Part shown: one piece after another, positions 1 to 9,837 of the stretch
Position numbering within the stretch: the stretch's first letter is position 1
Layout of the letters: every line of letters begins with the position of its first letter
Origin: Deltaproteobacteria bacterium
GTDB lineage: Bacteria; Myxococcota; Kuafuiibacteriia; Kuafuiibacteriales; Kuafuiibacteriaceae
DNA: 64,000 nt
Assembly: GCA_040218735.1 (NCBI GenBank)
Contig: JAVJQW010000017.1
Location: 256,001 to 320,000 of the forward strand
Direction of reading: 5' to 3'
The notes under the pieces: generated by a model
What the model was told of the DNA's origin: nothing
Seen by the model: only the letters and a program-made list of their open reading frames with translations
Database searches by the model: none
Made by a program: the position numbers and the translations under genes

Positions 1-1803
1 CGCCGCGGCGAGCGCGAGGAACGCGGCGAAGTGACTGCCGGCGAGCGCGTAGAGGACGTAGTCCGGGTCGGTCGTCGCGATCGCCGCGCCGATCAAATAG
101 ACGAGCGGCGCGACGAACATACGTCGGTCGATCGTGATCGTGAGGACCGCGAACACCGCGCCAAAGAGCGCGAAGTCCGTGAGGAGCGACGACTCGAGCG
201 AACGACCAAGGCGCCACGTCAACGGCCGCGCGAGGCCCTCCGCGATCACGAGGAAGAACGCGACCGCGGTGAGCTGTCGGTTCACCAGCGTCTTCGAGAG
301 GCTCTCGCGCGCCCACCACACCACGACGATCGTGTCGACGAGCTTGAGCCCACTCACGAGGTACAGCTCCGTGTACCCGACGTCGTGCCCAGCGCGCTGC
401 AACAGCGCGAGCCCGAGCGGCAGCCCGCCCCACGCGACGGCGGCGACCAACATCAGGAACGCACGCGTGCGACGCCCCACCGACAGATCCCGCTGCGCGC
501 CGACGTTCCTGAGGTGCTCGAGCGCCCGGGTGCGTCTGTCGAGGCGCGCCCGCGCGTCCGCGAGGGTGTCGCGATCCACGGCCCGCTCGTCCTGCCCTTC
601 GAGCTCGTCGAGCAGCACCGTCGCCGCCTCGACGTGATCCCGCGACAGCTCGTGTTCGAACATGCGCAGGAGTGAGCGCACCAAACCGTCGCGCGCGGCG
701 CGGTTCGCCGGCCAGGTGCGCAAGGCCTCCTGGAACGCGAAGCGACACTCCCCGAAGAACTTCTGGTGCTGCGTCGCGTCGGCTTCGTCGAGCACCGCGG
801 TCCACGCTTCGTAACGCTCCTGCCCGAGCCCGGTGAGGCGGCGCGACGACTCACGTTCGAGGTAACGCTCGAGCGCTTCGCGGAAGGCGCGCGCGGAGCG
901 AATGCGCAGCTTCGGATCGAGATCCGTCGCGCGGTTGCACAGCTCGCCGAGCACCGCGGGGACGTCGTCGGGATAGTCGACCGGCTCGGACGCGAGTGAC
1001 GACAACAGCGATGTCTTCACGTCGTCGTACGGGTGGCGCTTCGTCTTCGTGAGGATCTCGTGGAGGATCGCGCCGAGCAGGTAGACGTCGGTGCGCTCGT
1101 TCAGATCGGCGCCGGTCTCCTGCACCATCTCCGGCGCCATGTACCCCGGCGTGCCCGACACGCCGCGTACGTCGGCGGCGCGCAGGAGGCGACCGTCGCG
1201 ATCGTCGCCGAGGGTCACCGCGATGCCCCAGTCGAGGACGTACACCTCGCCGAAGGCACCGATCATCACGTTGTCCGGCTTGAGGTCGCGGTGCACCACG
1301 CCGCGCGAGACCGCGTACTCGACGGCGCGGCAGACCTGCATCAGCGTCTCGAGGTGCCACTTGAGATCGCGGTCTTCGTCGTGGATGACGCGCGACCACG
1401 GCTCCCCCTCGATCCGCTTCATCACGATCACCGGGTGCTGCGCGTCGTCGACGCCGACGCTGTAGATCGGGACGATGTTGGGGTGCTCGAGCGCACCCGT
1501 GACCCACGCTTCGCGGAGGAGCTGCAGCGCGAACTGCGGCTCGGTGCGATCCACGCGCAGTGTCTTCACCGCGACCTCACGCCCGATCGCGGTCTGGCGC
1601 CCGAGGCGCACGAGGCCCATGCCGCCCTCGCCGAGCGTGGCGTCGATCTCGATCGCGTCCGCCGTTCCTGTGCCCACCCTCGGGAGCGCGGCGATCAGGC
1701 GATCGACGTCGGCGGCGGGGAGCAGCTCGGGCGTGACCAGCGCGCCGTTCGAGGAGCGCACGACGGTCTCGACGAGCGTCTGGACCCGTTCCTCCGCCTG
1801 CAC
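1..1803 (-). CDS. Ser/Thr protein kinase with C-terminal membrane domain (runs off window start)
   Basis: Manual translation from GTG 1803 gives LGEGGMGLV, VAVK, HRDLKPDN and DWG; hydrophobic helices near position 1; no stop inside the window, so absent from the ORF track. Confidence 0.9.
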   Translation of the reverse strand, partial: MQAEERVQTLVETVVRSSNGALVTPELLPAADVDRLIAALPRVGTGTADAIEIDATLGEGGMGLVRLGRQTAIGREVAVKTLRVDRTEPQFALQLLREAWVTGALEHPNIVPIYSVGVDDAQHPVIVMKRIEGEPWSRVIHDEDRDLKWHLETLMQVCRAVEYAVSRGVVHRDLKPDNVMIGAFGEVYVLDWGIAVTLGDDRDGRLLRAADVRGVSGTPGYMAPEMVQETGADLNERTDVYLLGAILHEILTKTKRHPYDDVKTSLLSSLASEPVDYPDDVPAVLGELCNRATDLDPKLRIRSARAFREALERYLERESSRRLTGLGQERYEAWTAVLDEADATQHQKFFGECRFAFQEALRTWPANRAARDGLVRSLLRMFEHELSRDHVEAATVLLDELEGQDERAVDRDTLADARARLDRRTRALEHLRNVGAQRDLSVGRRTRAFLMLVAAVAWGGLPLGLALLQRAGHDVGYTELYLVSGLKLVDTIVVVWWARESLSKTLVNRQLTAVAFFLVIAEGLARPLTWRLGRSLESSLLTDFALFGAVFAVLTITIDRRMFVAPLVYLIGAAIATTDPDYVLYALAGSHFAAFLALAAA

Positions 1804-1817
1804 CCGCGCAGGGTACC

Positions 1818-2399
1818 TCAGATCCAGCGCCGCACGCGCCGCCGGTACGACCGGTAGCGCTCGCCGTGCACTCCGTCGAGGTAGACCTCCTCCACGCGGA
1901 CCTGCACCTGGATGAGCACCTCCGCGAGGATCGCCGCGGTCAGCGACAGCACGTTCGGGGCGGCGAGCACCAGCCCGAGCATCGCCACCCGCATCCCGAG
2001 GAAGACCGGGTTGCGCGAGCGCCCGAAGAGACCGGCGGTGACCAGGGGGGTCTTGGCCGCGTCCGGATCCACGCCGATCCGCCACGAGTCACCCATGTGA
2101 ACCTGCGCGAGCACGATCCACGCGAGCGCCGCGACGAGGAGCGCCGCCCCCGCCGCCTCGACCGCAGGGAGCTTCAGGACCTCGATGGGCACGAGCCGCG
2201 CGCCGGCACCGACCGCGACGACGTCGAGCGCGACGAGCGCCACGACCACGACGAGCATGCGCCCGACGTACCCGCGCAGGTCGTCGCGCCAACGCTCGAC
2301 GAACGGGTCCGCGCCGGTGCGGCGCCGAACGAGGACGACACGCACCACGAATACGAGCGACAGGCACACCACGAAGTAGGCCGGCAGGAAGTACCTCAT
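1818..2399 (-). CDS. Isoprenylcysteine carboxyl methyltransferase (ICMT/PEMT) family membrane protein
   Basis: MGDSWRIG, LVTAGLFGRSRNPVFLG and VRVEE..L...HGERY..Y..RVRRWI motifs; ATG 2399 overlaps the ArsR stop (ATGA). Confidence 0.85.
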   Translation of the reverse strand: MRYFLPAYFVVCLSLVFVVRVVLVRRRTGADPFVERWRDDLRGYVGRMLVVVVALVALDVVAVGAGARLVPIEVLKLPAVEAAGAALLVAALAWIVLAQVHMGDSWRIGVDPDAAKTPLVTAGLFGRSRNPVFLGMRVAMLGLVLAAPNVLSLTAAILAEVLIQVQVRVEEVYLDGVHGERYRSYRRRVRRWI

Positions 2400-2704
2400 C
2401 GCTTCCTCCCGTGCGCGACGTGCTCCAGCCCGACGTCGATCAGCGTTCGGACGTGATCGTCGGCCAGCGCGTAGAAGACGTGGCGGCCCTCCTTGCGGGC
2501 GGTGACGAGGTCGCCGTCGCGGAGCTTCCGCAGCTGGTGCGAAGCGGCGGACTGCTCGATGTCGAACCGCTCCGTGAGGTCGTGGACACACTGCTCCTTC
2601 GCAGCGATCGCGGCGAGGAGCTTCAGGCGGGTGGGATCACCCAAGGACTTGAAGATCGCGGCGAGCGCATCGAGGCGCTGGGGCGAAGGCATTCGCTTCG
2701 GCAT
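2396..2704 (-). CDS. ArsR/SmtB-family metal-sensing repressor (alpha5 site)
   Basis: FKSLGDPTRLKLL, EQCVHDL, QSAASHQLRKL and DDH-x10-H-x2-H (SmtB/CzrA alpha5 metal site). Confidence 0.93.
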   Translation of the reverse strand: MPKRMPSPQRLDALAAIFKSLGDPTRLKLLAAIAAKEQCVHDLTERFDIEQSAASHQLRKLRDGDLVTARKEGRHVFYALADDHVRTLIDVGLEHVAHGRKR

Positions 2705-2710
2705 GAACGA

Positions 2711-2734
2711 ATGAATAAATGATCATTTATTCAT
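2711..2734. promoter_or_regulatory. Perfect 24-bp palindrome, probable ArsR/SmtB operator
   Basis: ATGAATAAATGATCATTTATTCAT, an AT-rich island 6 bp upstream of the ArsR ATG. Confidence 0.85.
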
Positions 2735-2773
2735 GCGTCAACCCCCGCCGAGCCCGACCGTCTCGACGCTGCG

Positions 2774-5700
2774 CTACTTCTGATGCGTTCCGCCGTCTTC
2801 GAAGGGCGGATCGTTGTGCCCCCCGCTTCCGCCGCCGCCGCCGCCGCCGCCGTCGCCGAGACTGCACGGGCTGCTGTTCGGCAGGGTGGTGAGGCCGGCC
2901 ACGTACCCGGGGCACGTTTGGGACTCGCTGTGGCGCTCGAAGATGTCGCAGACCTCGTGAAGCTGGGCACCGTCCTCGATCGCTACGCGCGCCAGGGACT
3001 TCAGCAGCCGATCCTCCGACAACAACGACTCGTGCGCGCGCCAGTCGGCCCACATTCGCGGAAGGCAGCGGCCGCCTAGAACGACATCGTCATCGTCGGC
3101 GATGGCTCGTGGGTCGTGCACGAGGTAGCCGTTCGAGTTGAGTCGCCAGTGGATGCCGGAGTTCGGGGCACCCGGCTGGTCGCTCCCGTCGAAGAAGTCA
3201 TGGAGCAGCGAGGCGACCCGACGCACCTGGCTGGTGAAGGTCGCGTCGTTCGACCCGTCCGCGTTCTCCTTGAAGTCTTCGTCGAGGCCGACGCTGATGG
3301 CTCCCGTGACGGTCGGCTCGGACCGGGCGTAGTCGATGTCGTTGGAGTTGTAGTGATGCGCAACCCCGAAGTAGTCGGTTCCACCGACGACCTGCGAGGC
3401 CATGAAGTCTGCGAACCCCTCCGTCAAGTACGCGGCTTCGTCGCCCGGACCCTGACTCGCCGCCTCCAGCATGAGCTGCGGGAACACCGTCTCGAAGTCG
3501 TGCGCCATCAGCGCGCACATCACGGTGTGGCCGTACTCGTGCACGGCGACGCCGCGACTCTCGAGGTTCCGATCCACGAGAATGACGTCGTACGCCGTGA
3601 CGGCACCGACCAAGGCGAACGCGGGATCGAGCACGCTCAGAAGTGCGTCGAGCGCAGCCGAGGTCAGGGTGGGCGATCGTCCGAGGCACGGCGCGAAGGA
3701 TCGGTCATTCGTCGACACCAGATCCGCGAGGGGCCCGACGAGGACCGAAATCTTCGGTGGCTCGTAGCCCAGCACTTCGGTGCTGTACGCCCCGGCGTCC
3801 GACATCTGCGCGAGCACGTTCACGAGGCGTTTGCGAACGTGGATCGTTCGGGATGTCGCCGTCGACAACCGCTCTAGCCGTTCGACGCACACGTCCTCCG
3901 TGTAGAAGCCGCGCGTGAGCCTCGCCCACTTGTTCTCGAGCGTGATGCAAACACGGCCTTCGAGGTTCTTCGCGATCCGCAGTCGGGCGTGGCCGTTTTC
4001 GTCGGTCGTCGTGGTGAAGGTGGCGATGCCCTGCCGAACACGTACCGTTACACCTGCGAGCTCGATCGGCGTGCCCCGCCAACCGCTTCGCATGACCGTA
4101 TCGATCGGGTTGCCGGCTGCGTCGGTGGCGTAGAATCCCGGATCCGTGTTGTCGAGAACGAAGTCGATGTCGAGCTCCACTTCACCGCGGATCAGCTTGG
4201 TGATCTGACCGATTCGATCGCCGATGAACTGGACGCTGTCGATGAACTGATCCGTCGCGAAGGACACCAGCTTGTTCGTGAGCCAGCCAACGAGCGCGCT
4301 TTCGTCCTGGCAGACCTGTCCGAAGTCCTCCGTCTCGAAGCACTGGGGACGAGCGTTGTAGTCGAAGGCGTGGGAGCCGAGGAATTCGATGTCCAACTGG
4401 TACCGCCGGCCGTCACGCCGCGCCTCTGGCACGGGGATCTGATGGAGGACCATCGCGTCGACGAGCGGCTCGTACCCAGCTGCGACGCCCGCGATGGTGT
4501 CGTCGCGGATCATGTTGAACATCTCGCCCGGGATGGCCGCAAAGAACCACTGGCGTACGACGCCGTCCGCTTCGCCGTATGCGACGGCATCGGCGCTGGA
4601 GAAGTCGGCGAGCTCGCTTTCGAAGATCGGCATCGTCTGGATGTGTGCGCCGAGCTGTCGGAGCCCGAGCACGTCTTCCGCGCGCATGAAGAGGTTCGTG
4701 TAGTAGAGGATCGGCTCGCCATTGGCGTCCTCGGCGACCCGCGGTACGGCCGACCAGTCGAAGCTCTGCAGGATGCTCGTGGCTTCGAATTGGCTCAGCC
4801 CCGGCTGCTGGAACGCTTGAGGCGTGCGCCGGCAACTTTCGCCGGAGTACTGCACGTAGCCGTCCGGCCCCGCGGATGCGATGTGGTAGCAGTAGCGCGT
4901 GTCGGGCTGTAGGCCGGCGTGTGTGGCCTCCCGCCAGCCGCCCGCGCTGCCCTCATTGTGCACGAGCGTCCACGCCGCGTCGGTGCTTGGACGTCCGTAG
5001 ACGGCCGTCGCGGAGGCCTGGCTGCAGTTGGCCGTGTACTGCACGGTGAGGGAGTCCGGCGTGAAGCCCGTAAATGGCGGCTTCGCCTGGATGCCGGAGC
5101 CGATCTGCGGGGCGGCGCACGCAGGTGGCGGCGTCGTCGTGCACTCGACGGGGCTCTGCTGTTCGTGACCGTCGACCGTGGTCTCGACGTAGAAGCAATG
5201 GGTTTCGTCGGGGTGAAGGCCGCTGACCGTTGCCACGCGCCATCCGCCCTGGTTGTACCCGTCGCTCTTGATCAGCGAGAAGGCGCCGGACGTCCCGGCG
5301 CGGTGGTAGACGCGCGTCGAGCTCTCGCCCGCGCACTGGTCATGGTACTGGACGTCGATCCGTCCCGCGGTCCGGACCACGAAGGGCTCGTTCCCCATCC
5401 CTCCGATGACGGGCGGCCCGCAGCGGATCGGCTCCGTCCCCTTGCACTTCACTTCGGAGGTCTTCACGAGATCCCCACGGACCGTCTTCGTGTAGAAGCA
5501 GTACGTCGTACGCGGATCGAGCCCGGAGTGGGTCGTCGTCTTCCAGCTCGTGCTCGGCGGGGCGGCGTCGATCGCGGCGAACCCACCGATGTAACCTCGG
5601 CGCGCGAACACGGTCGTGCTGTCGCCGAGCAAGCACTGGTCGCGGTGCTGAATGGTGATGCTGTTCGACGTGACGTCGACGAACGGCTCGACGGGGCTCG

Positions 5701-5833
5701 AGCACCCGGATTCGCAACCGATCTTCGGGTCGTTGCAGATCGCCACGGCGCCGCGGGCGTCCGCTCGCGCCGACGACAAGAGCGCGAACATGGCACATGC
5801 AGCGCCGATCCACTGGGGTCTTCGATAAGGCAT
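2774..5833 (-). CDS. Secreted zinc metalloprotease with three Cys-containing FN3-like repeats
   Basis: Signal peptide after ATG 5833 with AGGAG RBS; three ~95-aa repeats (W..aThsGL.P.t.yC.y); HEYGH followed by EGFAD; Gly-rich tail. Confidence 0.7.
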   Translation of the reverse strand: MPYRRPQWIGAACAMFALLSSARADARGAVAICNDPKIGCESGCSSPVEPFVDVTSNSITIQHRDQCLLGDSTTVFARRGYIGGFAAIDAAPPSTSWKTTTHSGLDPRTTYCFYTKTVRGDLVKTSEVKCKGTEPIRCGPPVIGGMGNEPFVVRTAGRIDVQYHDQCAGESSTRVYHRAGTSGAFSLIKSDGYNQGGWRVATVSGLHPDETHCFYVETTVDGHEQQSPVECTTTPPPACAAPQIGSGIQAKPPFTGFTPDSLTVQYTANCSQASATAVYGRPSTDAAWTLVHNEGSAGGWREATHAGLQPDTRYCYHIASAGPDGYVQYSGESCRRTPQAFQQPGLSQFEATSILQSFDWSAVPRVAEDANGEPILYYTNLFMRAEDVLGLRQLGAHIQTMPIFESELADFSSADAVAYGEADGVVRQWFFAAIPGEMFNMIRDDTIAGVAAGYEPLVDAMVLHQIPVPEARRDGRRYQLDIEFLGSHAFDYNARPQCFETEDFGQVCQDESALVGWLTNKLVSFATDQFIDSVQFIGDRIGQITKLIRGEVELDIDFVLDNTDPGFYATDAAGNPIDTVMRSGWRGTPIELAGVTVRVRQGIATFTTTTDENGHARLRIAKNLEGRVCITLENKWARLTRGFYTEDVCVERLERLSTATSRTIHVRKRLVNVLAQMSDAGAYSTEVLGYEPPKISVLVGPLADLVSTNDRSFAPCLGRSPTLTSAALDALLSVLDPAFALVGAVTAYDVILVDRNLESRGVAVHEYGHTVMCALMAHDFETVFPQLMLEAASQGPGDEAAYLTEGFADFMASQVVGGTDYFGVAHHYNSNDIDYARSEPTVTGAISVGLDEDFKENADGSNDATFTSQVRRVASLLHDFFDGSDQPGAPNSGIHWRLNSNGYLVHDPRAIADDDDVVLGGRCLPRMWADWRAHESLLSEDRLLKSLARVAIEDGAQLHEVCDIFERHSESQTCPGYVAGLTTLPNSSPCSLGDGGGGGGGGSGGHNDPPFEDGGTHQK

Positions 5834-6080
5834 TGGTGTTCTCCTGGAAAAATGAAGGTGTGCCGGCACGGTCCGTGGCGGCCTCGCCCCGCTGGCGTTC
5901 CGATTCGCGGAACATTGTTCCGTCGAGGCGTTACGGCCCACGTGTGAGCGCGAGCGTGACCCAGGCAGGCTCCAACAGACGTTTCAGGAGTTCATCGCGG
6001 CGTGGGCGGCGCCTTCGCTCGAGGCGGAGCTCGGTGAGAGCACGTTTGTCTGCTGCAGGCGCGTCGGGTTGTGCGCGTGG

Positions 6081-6530
6081 TCACCCCCCGCCGAGCCCGA
6101 CGGTCTCTCCCGCGAGCATCGACCCGGAGTCGAGGCACAGCAGACGGACGCGCCCGGTGGCGACGGTGCGCCCGGACTCGTCGGTCACGGTGCCCGCCCA
6201 GACCTGGCTCTTGCGGCCTCGTGTCACGGGGGTGGCGCGGCAAGTCAGCTTGCCTTCGCGCACCGCGCGGATGAACGAGGTGCTGTTCTCGAGGCCGACG
6301 ACGGACTGGTTGTTCTTCATCGCGGCGATCGCAGCGCCGGTGGAGCACACGGTTTCGATCACCGCGCAGTGCACGCCGCCGTGGACGATGCCGTAGGGCT
6401 GTTGCAGCTCGGGTTTGACGGTGAGCTCGGCGACGACTTCGTCTTCGCTGGCGGCGACGAAGGTCAGGCCGATGTTTTCGTTGAAGCCACCGCGGGCTTG
6501 GTTGAGGGCGTCGAGGTCGACTTCTTTCAC
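6081..6530 (-). CDS. PaaI-family hotdog thioesterase
   Basis: QPYGIVHGG...IET motif; TSFIRAV...RGRKSQVW. Confidence 0.9.
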   Translation of the reverse strand: MKEVDLDALNQARGGFNENIGLTFVAASEDEVVAELTVKPELQQPYGIVHGGVHCAVIETVCSTGAAIAAMKNNQSVVGLENSTSFIRAVREGKLTCRATPVTRGRKSQVWAGTVTDESGRTVATGRVRLLCLDSGSMLAGETVGLGGG

Positions 6531-6535
6531 GGCCC

Positions 6536-6979
6536 CTAACGAACCGTGAGCGTCGCGCTGGTGTCCACCTCGACGCTGCGCCCGTCGATGTCGGCGACGG
6601 TGGCCTTCTCGATGGCGAGGCGCCCCTCCGTGCCGTCCCCGAGGAGGCGGAACGTCGCGACGGCCCCGAACGCGGGTAGACCCACGCCGCGTTTGTCCCC
6701 CGCGAAGAGGACCGCGCGGTTCGACCCGGCGCCGCGGACCTCGACGGTGTCGAGGGGGAGCCCCGCGGGGGCCTTGGCGTCGTCGAACGTGAAGGTCCCG
6801 CCGTCGATCTTCAGCACGACCTGCACGGCGCGAACGCTGGCGGGTGCGTTGTTGACCTCGAGCGCGACACGATCGGCGCCCTGGCGCACGAGCTTCAGAC
6901 GCGCGGTGGCCGGCTCCTCGACCGTGCCTCCCTTACAACTCACGAGCGCAAACAGCGCGACGAGCACGAGACGTTTCAT
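6536..6979 (-). CDS. Lipoprotein with cohesin-like beta-sandwich
   Basis: MKRLVLVALFALVSC lipobox; alternating beta pattern VALEV..VRAVQVVLKID...GAVATFRL...LAIEKATVADIDG; ATGA overlap with the amylase stop. Confidence 0.6.
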   Translation of the reverse strand: MKRLVLVALFALVSCKGGTVEEPATARLKLVRQGADRVALEVNNAPASVRAVQVVLKIDGGTFTFDDAKAPAGLPLDTVEVRGAGSNRAVLFAGDKRGVGLPAFGAVATFRLLGDGTEGRLAIEKATVADIDGRSVEVDTSATLTVR

Positions 6980-9702
6980 CGGGCACCTCCCTGGGCGATG
7001 CGACCGGTGAAGTCGCGGACATCGACGACCCCGTCGAGGTTGACGTCGTAGGCGGCGTCGAACTGCTCGTTCAGGATCAGCTCGACGATGGCGTCGAGCT
7101 CGGCGCGGAAGTCTTCGGTGAGGACGGGGCAACCGTCGGCGTCGACGGGGGTCCCCGCGGCGGTGAGCGGGCAGAGGTCACACGCGTCACCCGCGCCGTC
7201 GCCGTCGAAGTCGGCTTGGTCGGGGTCGGCGATGGACGGGCAGACGTCGGTGTCACTCGGGACGCCGTCGCGGTCCGGATCGGGGTCGAGGTCGAGCCCG
7301 CCGTCGCGCGGCGCGGTGCCGCCGTCGCGAAAGCCTCCATCGATGCTCCCGCCGTCGACGACGCCGCCGTCGCGCGTCGGTCCCATCTCCACCACCGAGA
7401 AGAACGCGGTCTGTTCGCTGTAAAAGGACGGCGCGCCGCCCGAGGCGACGCGCACGCGGAGGACGTGAACCCCCGGCGGGAGCCCCGTGAGGTCGAGCGC
7501 GGCGGAGTACGCGTTGGTGCCGGCGGTCATCGGGTAGAAGCCGTCGTACAGGCCGTCGGGGGTGCCCGTGGCGCGCGTGGCGCCGGGGACGTCGAAGGTG
7601 CCACCGTCGATCTCGACGTAGGCTGCGGTCGCGAGCTCGTCGGTCGCGACGTCGACGGTGAGCGTGCGGCCGGCGCCGACGACCGCGGTGTCGATGACCT
7701 GCGCGGGCACCGGCGCGCCGTCCGGCGTGCGACGCGCGGGCGCGGTGGTGATCGGCAGCGAGCCGAGCGACGCCCCGCCCTCCGTGAGCGCGAGGGTCAG
7801 CGTCGGCGTGCGCGGGGCGTACGCGACGTAGCCGACGTCTGGACCGGCGGGGATGTGGAGGTAGACGAGCCCGTAGTTGGCCGGGAGCGGGAAGTCCGAC
7901 GAGCGGTCGTACTCCGCGATTGCGGCGTTGCGCGCGGCCTCGGGGATCACGTTCGGGTCGAGCACGGTGATCGTCGCGACCATCGAGTGGCCGGTGACGT
8001 CGACGAGCTCCGTGCCGGGCGGGAACTCCGTGACCAGGAGCGGGCGCGGGTCGAACTCGCCGAAGCGCACTTCGTTCGAAGTGCTGTCGTTGATCGCGAC
8101 GAGGAGCGTCGCGCCGCCGCTGCCGCCCGACGTGCGCACGACGCGCTCGTAGACGTAGGCGTCGCCGTCCACGTAGCGGTTGAACATGCCGCCGCGTCCG
8201 AAGCGGCGGCGGATGTCGAGGAGGTCGAGGATCGTGTTGGACGACAGCTCGCCGAGCGCGTCGATGCGGCCCGGCTTCACGAACGACGACGAGGTGAAGT
8301 TGTTGCCGTCGTAGAACACGACCGAGTGCCCGACGCGCGTGAGCGTGAACGCGTACGCGGCGTTGGGTTGGGTGTGCGGCGCCTCCGTGTCGTGGCTCTG
8401 CACGAACGTGACGCCGGCGTTGCGCCCAAGGCCGCCGAACTCGCTGTCGAAGCCGTCGAGGCCGCCCTGCGGGAAGCTCAGCTGGCCGATGTCACCGCTG
8501 CCGTTCTGGCTGAAGATGCCACCGCCCTCGCCGAGCTTGAACAGGAGCGGGAAGTCGAGGAGGTACATGCCGGTCGCGCGGTAGGCGAGGAGCGAGCCGA
8601 TGTCGCCGGTGAACGACTCGCCGAAGAGGAGCGCGTCGTCGACGCCGTCGTCGTCGTTGGCGTCCGGCGTGCCGCGGCGCTCGTCGAGGTTGTCCTGGAA
8701 GGCCTGGTTGAAGGCGATCTCGTCGCCGGTGTAGTCGACGCCGAAGAACTGCGTGGGCGCGTGTTTGATCGCGTCGAGGCGGAGGCCGTCGCAGTCGGTG
8801 GTGTCGCCGAACCACTTGATCCACCGCATCATGAACTCGCGGATGTCCTCGGGGACCGGCGTGCCATCCGGGTAGAAGTTGGGGTTGTTCGGGTGGCGCA
8901 CGTAGCGCGGGAGCGGGAGCTCGGCGACGAGGTTCGTGCCGTCGTTCGGGAGCGGGCCGTTGCCGTCCGCGAGCTGCTCGATCGCGAAGTCGATGAGGCC
9001 GAGGAGCGAGAGGTACTGTTCTTCTTCGATCGTCGGGCCGTTGAACGTGAACCACGGCGCGCGCGCGAGGTGGGTGTAGCCGGCGACGGTCGTGCCCATC
9101 GGCATCGGAATCGTGGCGACGATGTTCTCGTTGGCGCCGGTGTTCGGGCTGAGCACGCGCGTGCCGCCGCCGAGGAGCTGCGGCCAACGGACTTCCCAGT
9201 TGCCGTTGCCGACGTCGCGCGCGGGTAGCACGTGGTAGTCGAGCGGGTGCGTCGCGGGGAAGCCGTCGATCGGAACCGGTGTCAGCGTCGTCCCCTCGTT
9301 CTCGATGAGCGCGGGGTTCGCGTTGTGGTTCATGACCGTGTCGAAGTAGACCTTGAGGCCGAAGCGGTGGGCCTCCTCGACCATCGCGATCAGCTCGTCG
9401 TGCGTGCCATACCGAGTGGCGACGGTGCCGCGCTGATCGACCGAGCCGAGATCGAAACGGTCGAACACGGAGAAGCCGACGTCGACTTCACCTTCGGCGC
9501 CCTTCGTCGGCGGTGGTAACCACACGGCGGTGTACCCGGCGGCGGCGATCTCCGGCATTCGATCCGCGACCTCGCGCCACGAGGTCTCGAAGTACTGGAT
9601 GATCGTCTCCGGGTGCGCCTGGGCGTGCGCGGCGCGCCCCGAACCCGCGAGGGCGAGGAGGCTCGCCGCAAACGTAACGCAAGACTGATACACGAATCGC
9701 AC
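6976..9702 (-). CDS. Secreted GH13 alpha-amylase-family enzyme with TSP3 repeats and C-terminal dockerin-like motif
   Basis: DTVMNH, GLRLDAIKH, GESF and FVQSHD conserved regions; signal peptide ending AHA-Q; DRDGVPSDTDVCP/DFDGDGAGDACD repeats; DVNLDGVVDVRD. Start may extend to 9741. Confidence 0.85.
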   Translation of the reverse strand: MRFVYQSCVTFAASLLALAGSGRAAHAQAHPETIIQYFETSWREVADRMPEIAAAGYTAVWLPPPTKGAEGEVDVGFSVFDRFDLGSVDQRGTVATRYGTHDELIAMVEEAHRFGLKVYFDTVMNHNANPALIENEGTTLTPVPIDGFPATHPLDYHVLPARDVGNGNWEVRWPQLLGGGTRVLSPNTGANENIVATIPMPMGTTVAGYTHLARAPWFTFNGPTIEEEQYLSLLGLIDFAIEQLADGNGPLPNDGTNLVAELPLPRYVRHPNNPNFYPDGTPVPEDIREFMMRWIKWFGDTTDCDGLRLDAIKHAPTQFFGVDYTGDEIAFNQAFQDNLDERRGTPDANDDDGVDDALLFGESFTGDIGSLLAYRATGMYLLDFPLLFKLGEGGGIFSQNGSGDIGQLSFPQGGLDGFDSEFGGLGRNAGVTFVQSHDTEAPHTQPNAAYAFTLTRVGHSVVFYDGNNFTSSSFVKPGRIDALGELSSNTILDLLDIRRRFGRGGMFNRYVDGDAYVYERVVRTSGGSGGATLLVAINDSTSNEVRFGEFDPRPLLVTEFPPGTELVDVTGHSMVATITVLDPNVIPEAARNAAIAEYDRSSDFPLPANYGLVYLHIPAGPDVGYVAYAPRTPTLTLALTEGGASLGSLPITTAPARRTPDGAPVPAQVIDTAVVGAGRTLTVDVATDELATAAYVEIDGGTFDVPGATRATGTPDGLYDGFYPMTAGTNAYSAALDLTGLPPGVHVLRVRVASGGAPSFYSEQTAFFSVVEMGPTRDGGVVDGGSIDGGFRDGGTAPRDGGLDLDPDPDRDGVPSDTDVCPSIADPDQADFDGDGAGDACDLCPLTAAGTPVDADGCPVLTEDFRAELDAIVELILNEQFDAAYDVNLDGVVDVRDFTGRIAQGGAR

Positions 9703-9837
9703 GGCCGGAGTACCTTGCTCGCCTGCGGCCACGTTGGGCAACGGTCGGATGACCGGCTCGAAAAATCGTCCAGAGTTGCGTGTTTACCCTTGATTCCGAC
9801 TCATCCGCCCAGTTGCGAAGTCCTCAACGATTCCGAC

